From Candidatus Saccharimonadota bacterium (GTDB taxonomy: Bacteria > Pseudomonadota > Gammaproteobacteria > Enterobacterales > Enterobacteriaceae), in assembly GCF_964059045.1 (NCBI RefSeq), contig NZ_OZ060402.1, forward strand, positions 270,001-302,000: a DNA stretch of 32,000 nucleotides, in the 5' to 3' direction. Position 1 is the first letter of the stretch. Each line of letters starts with the position of its first letter. Made by a program: the position numbers and the translations under genes. Below, piece by piece: positions 31,894 through 32,000 of the stretch. Below the pieces are notes generated by a model, which saw nothing but the letters and a program-made list of their open reading frames with translations, ran no database searches and was not told the DNA's origin.

Positions 31894-32000
31894 TTATTGA
31901 TATTTTATAACTTTAATAAATGTTAAAAATTATAACATGTACATTAAAATATAAAATTAATGTTTATTATGATTATGCAACAGTACAATATATAGATATT

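Overview
The window is extremely AT-rich (by eye about 80% A+T, not computed), tightly packed and contains only housekeeping genes. Gene order: mnmA(3' end)-purB-fabI-rnb-ychE-lipB-lipA-pyrF-ribA (plus strand) | clsA-yciA-yciB-yciC-trpA-trpB-trpC(F)-trpD (minus) | yedA-like-rluB-sohB-topA-cysB (plus) | suhB (minus) | rlmN-hisS-glyA (plus). Every protein is a recognisable Enterobacterales orthologue of near-E. coli length. The cls-yci-trp-rluB-sohB-topA-cysB stretch is collinear with E. coli K-12 (as I recall its map), with the intervening genes deleted. The composition, the gene content and a trpDC(F)BA cluster lacking trpE/trpG point to a reduced obligate insect endosymbiont, most likely a Buchnera aphidicola lineage. 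This identification is an inference; no search was run. I found no tRNA, rRNA, CRISPR, IS/transposon, phage, toxin-antitoxin or defence genes, and I see no convincing evidence of a novel multi-gene system. Six items deserve a second look. (1) yciB is split by a frameshift exactly inside an A12 tract, and its downstream half is still fully open, so it is a candidate for transcriptional-slippage rescue. (2) A 1.3 kb ORF-free, nearly pure A/T spacer lies between convergent ribA and clsA, at a synteny breakpoint. (3) A statistically unlikely 36-bp perfect palindrome with an alternative pairing partner lies downstream of glyA. (4) A similar three-part pairing element lies in the trpD/yedA divergent spacer. 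(5) Long in-frame poly(A) tracts occur in sohB, yedA, clsA and rluB. (6) Short spacers mark the positions where hflD and rodZ-ispG sit in E. coli. All coordinates and alignments were worked out by hand from the sequence and from remembered E. coli protein sequences.
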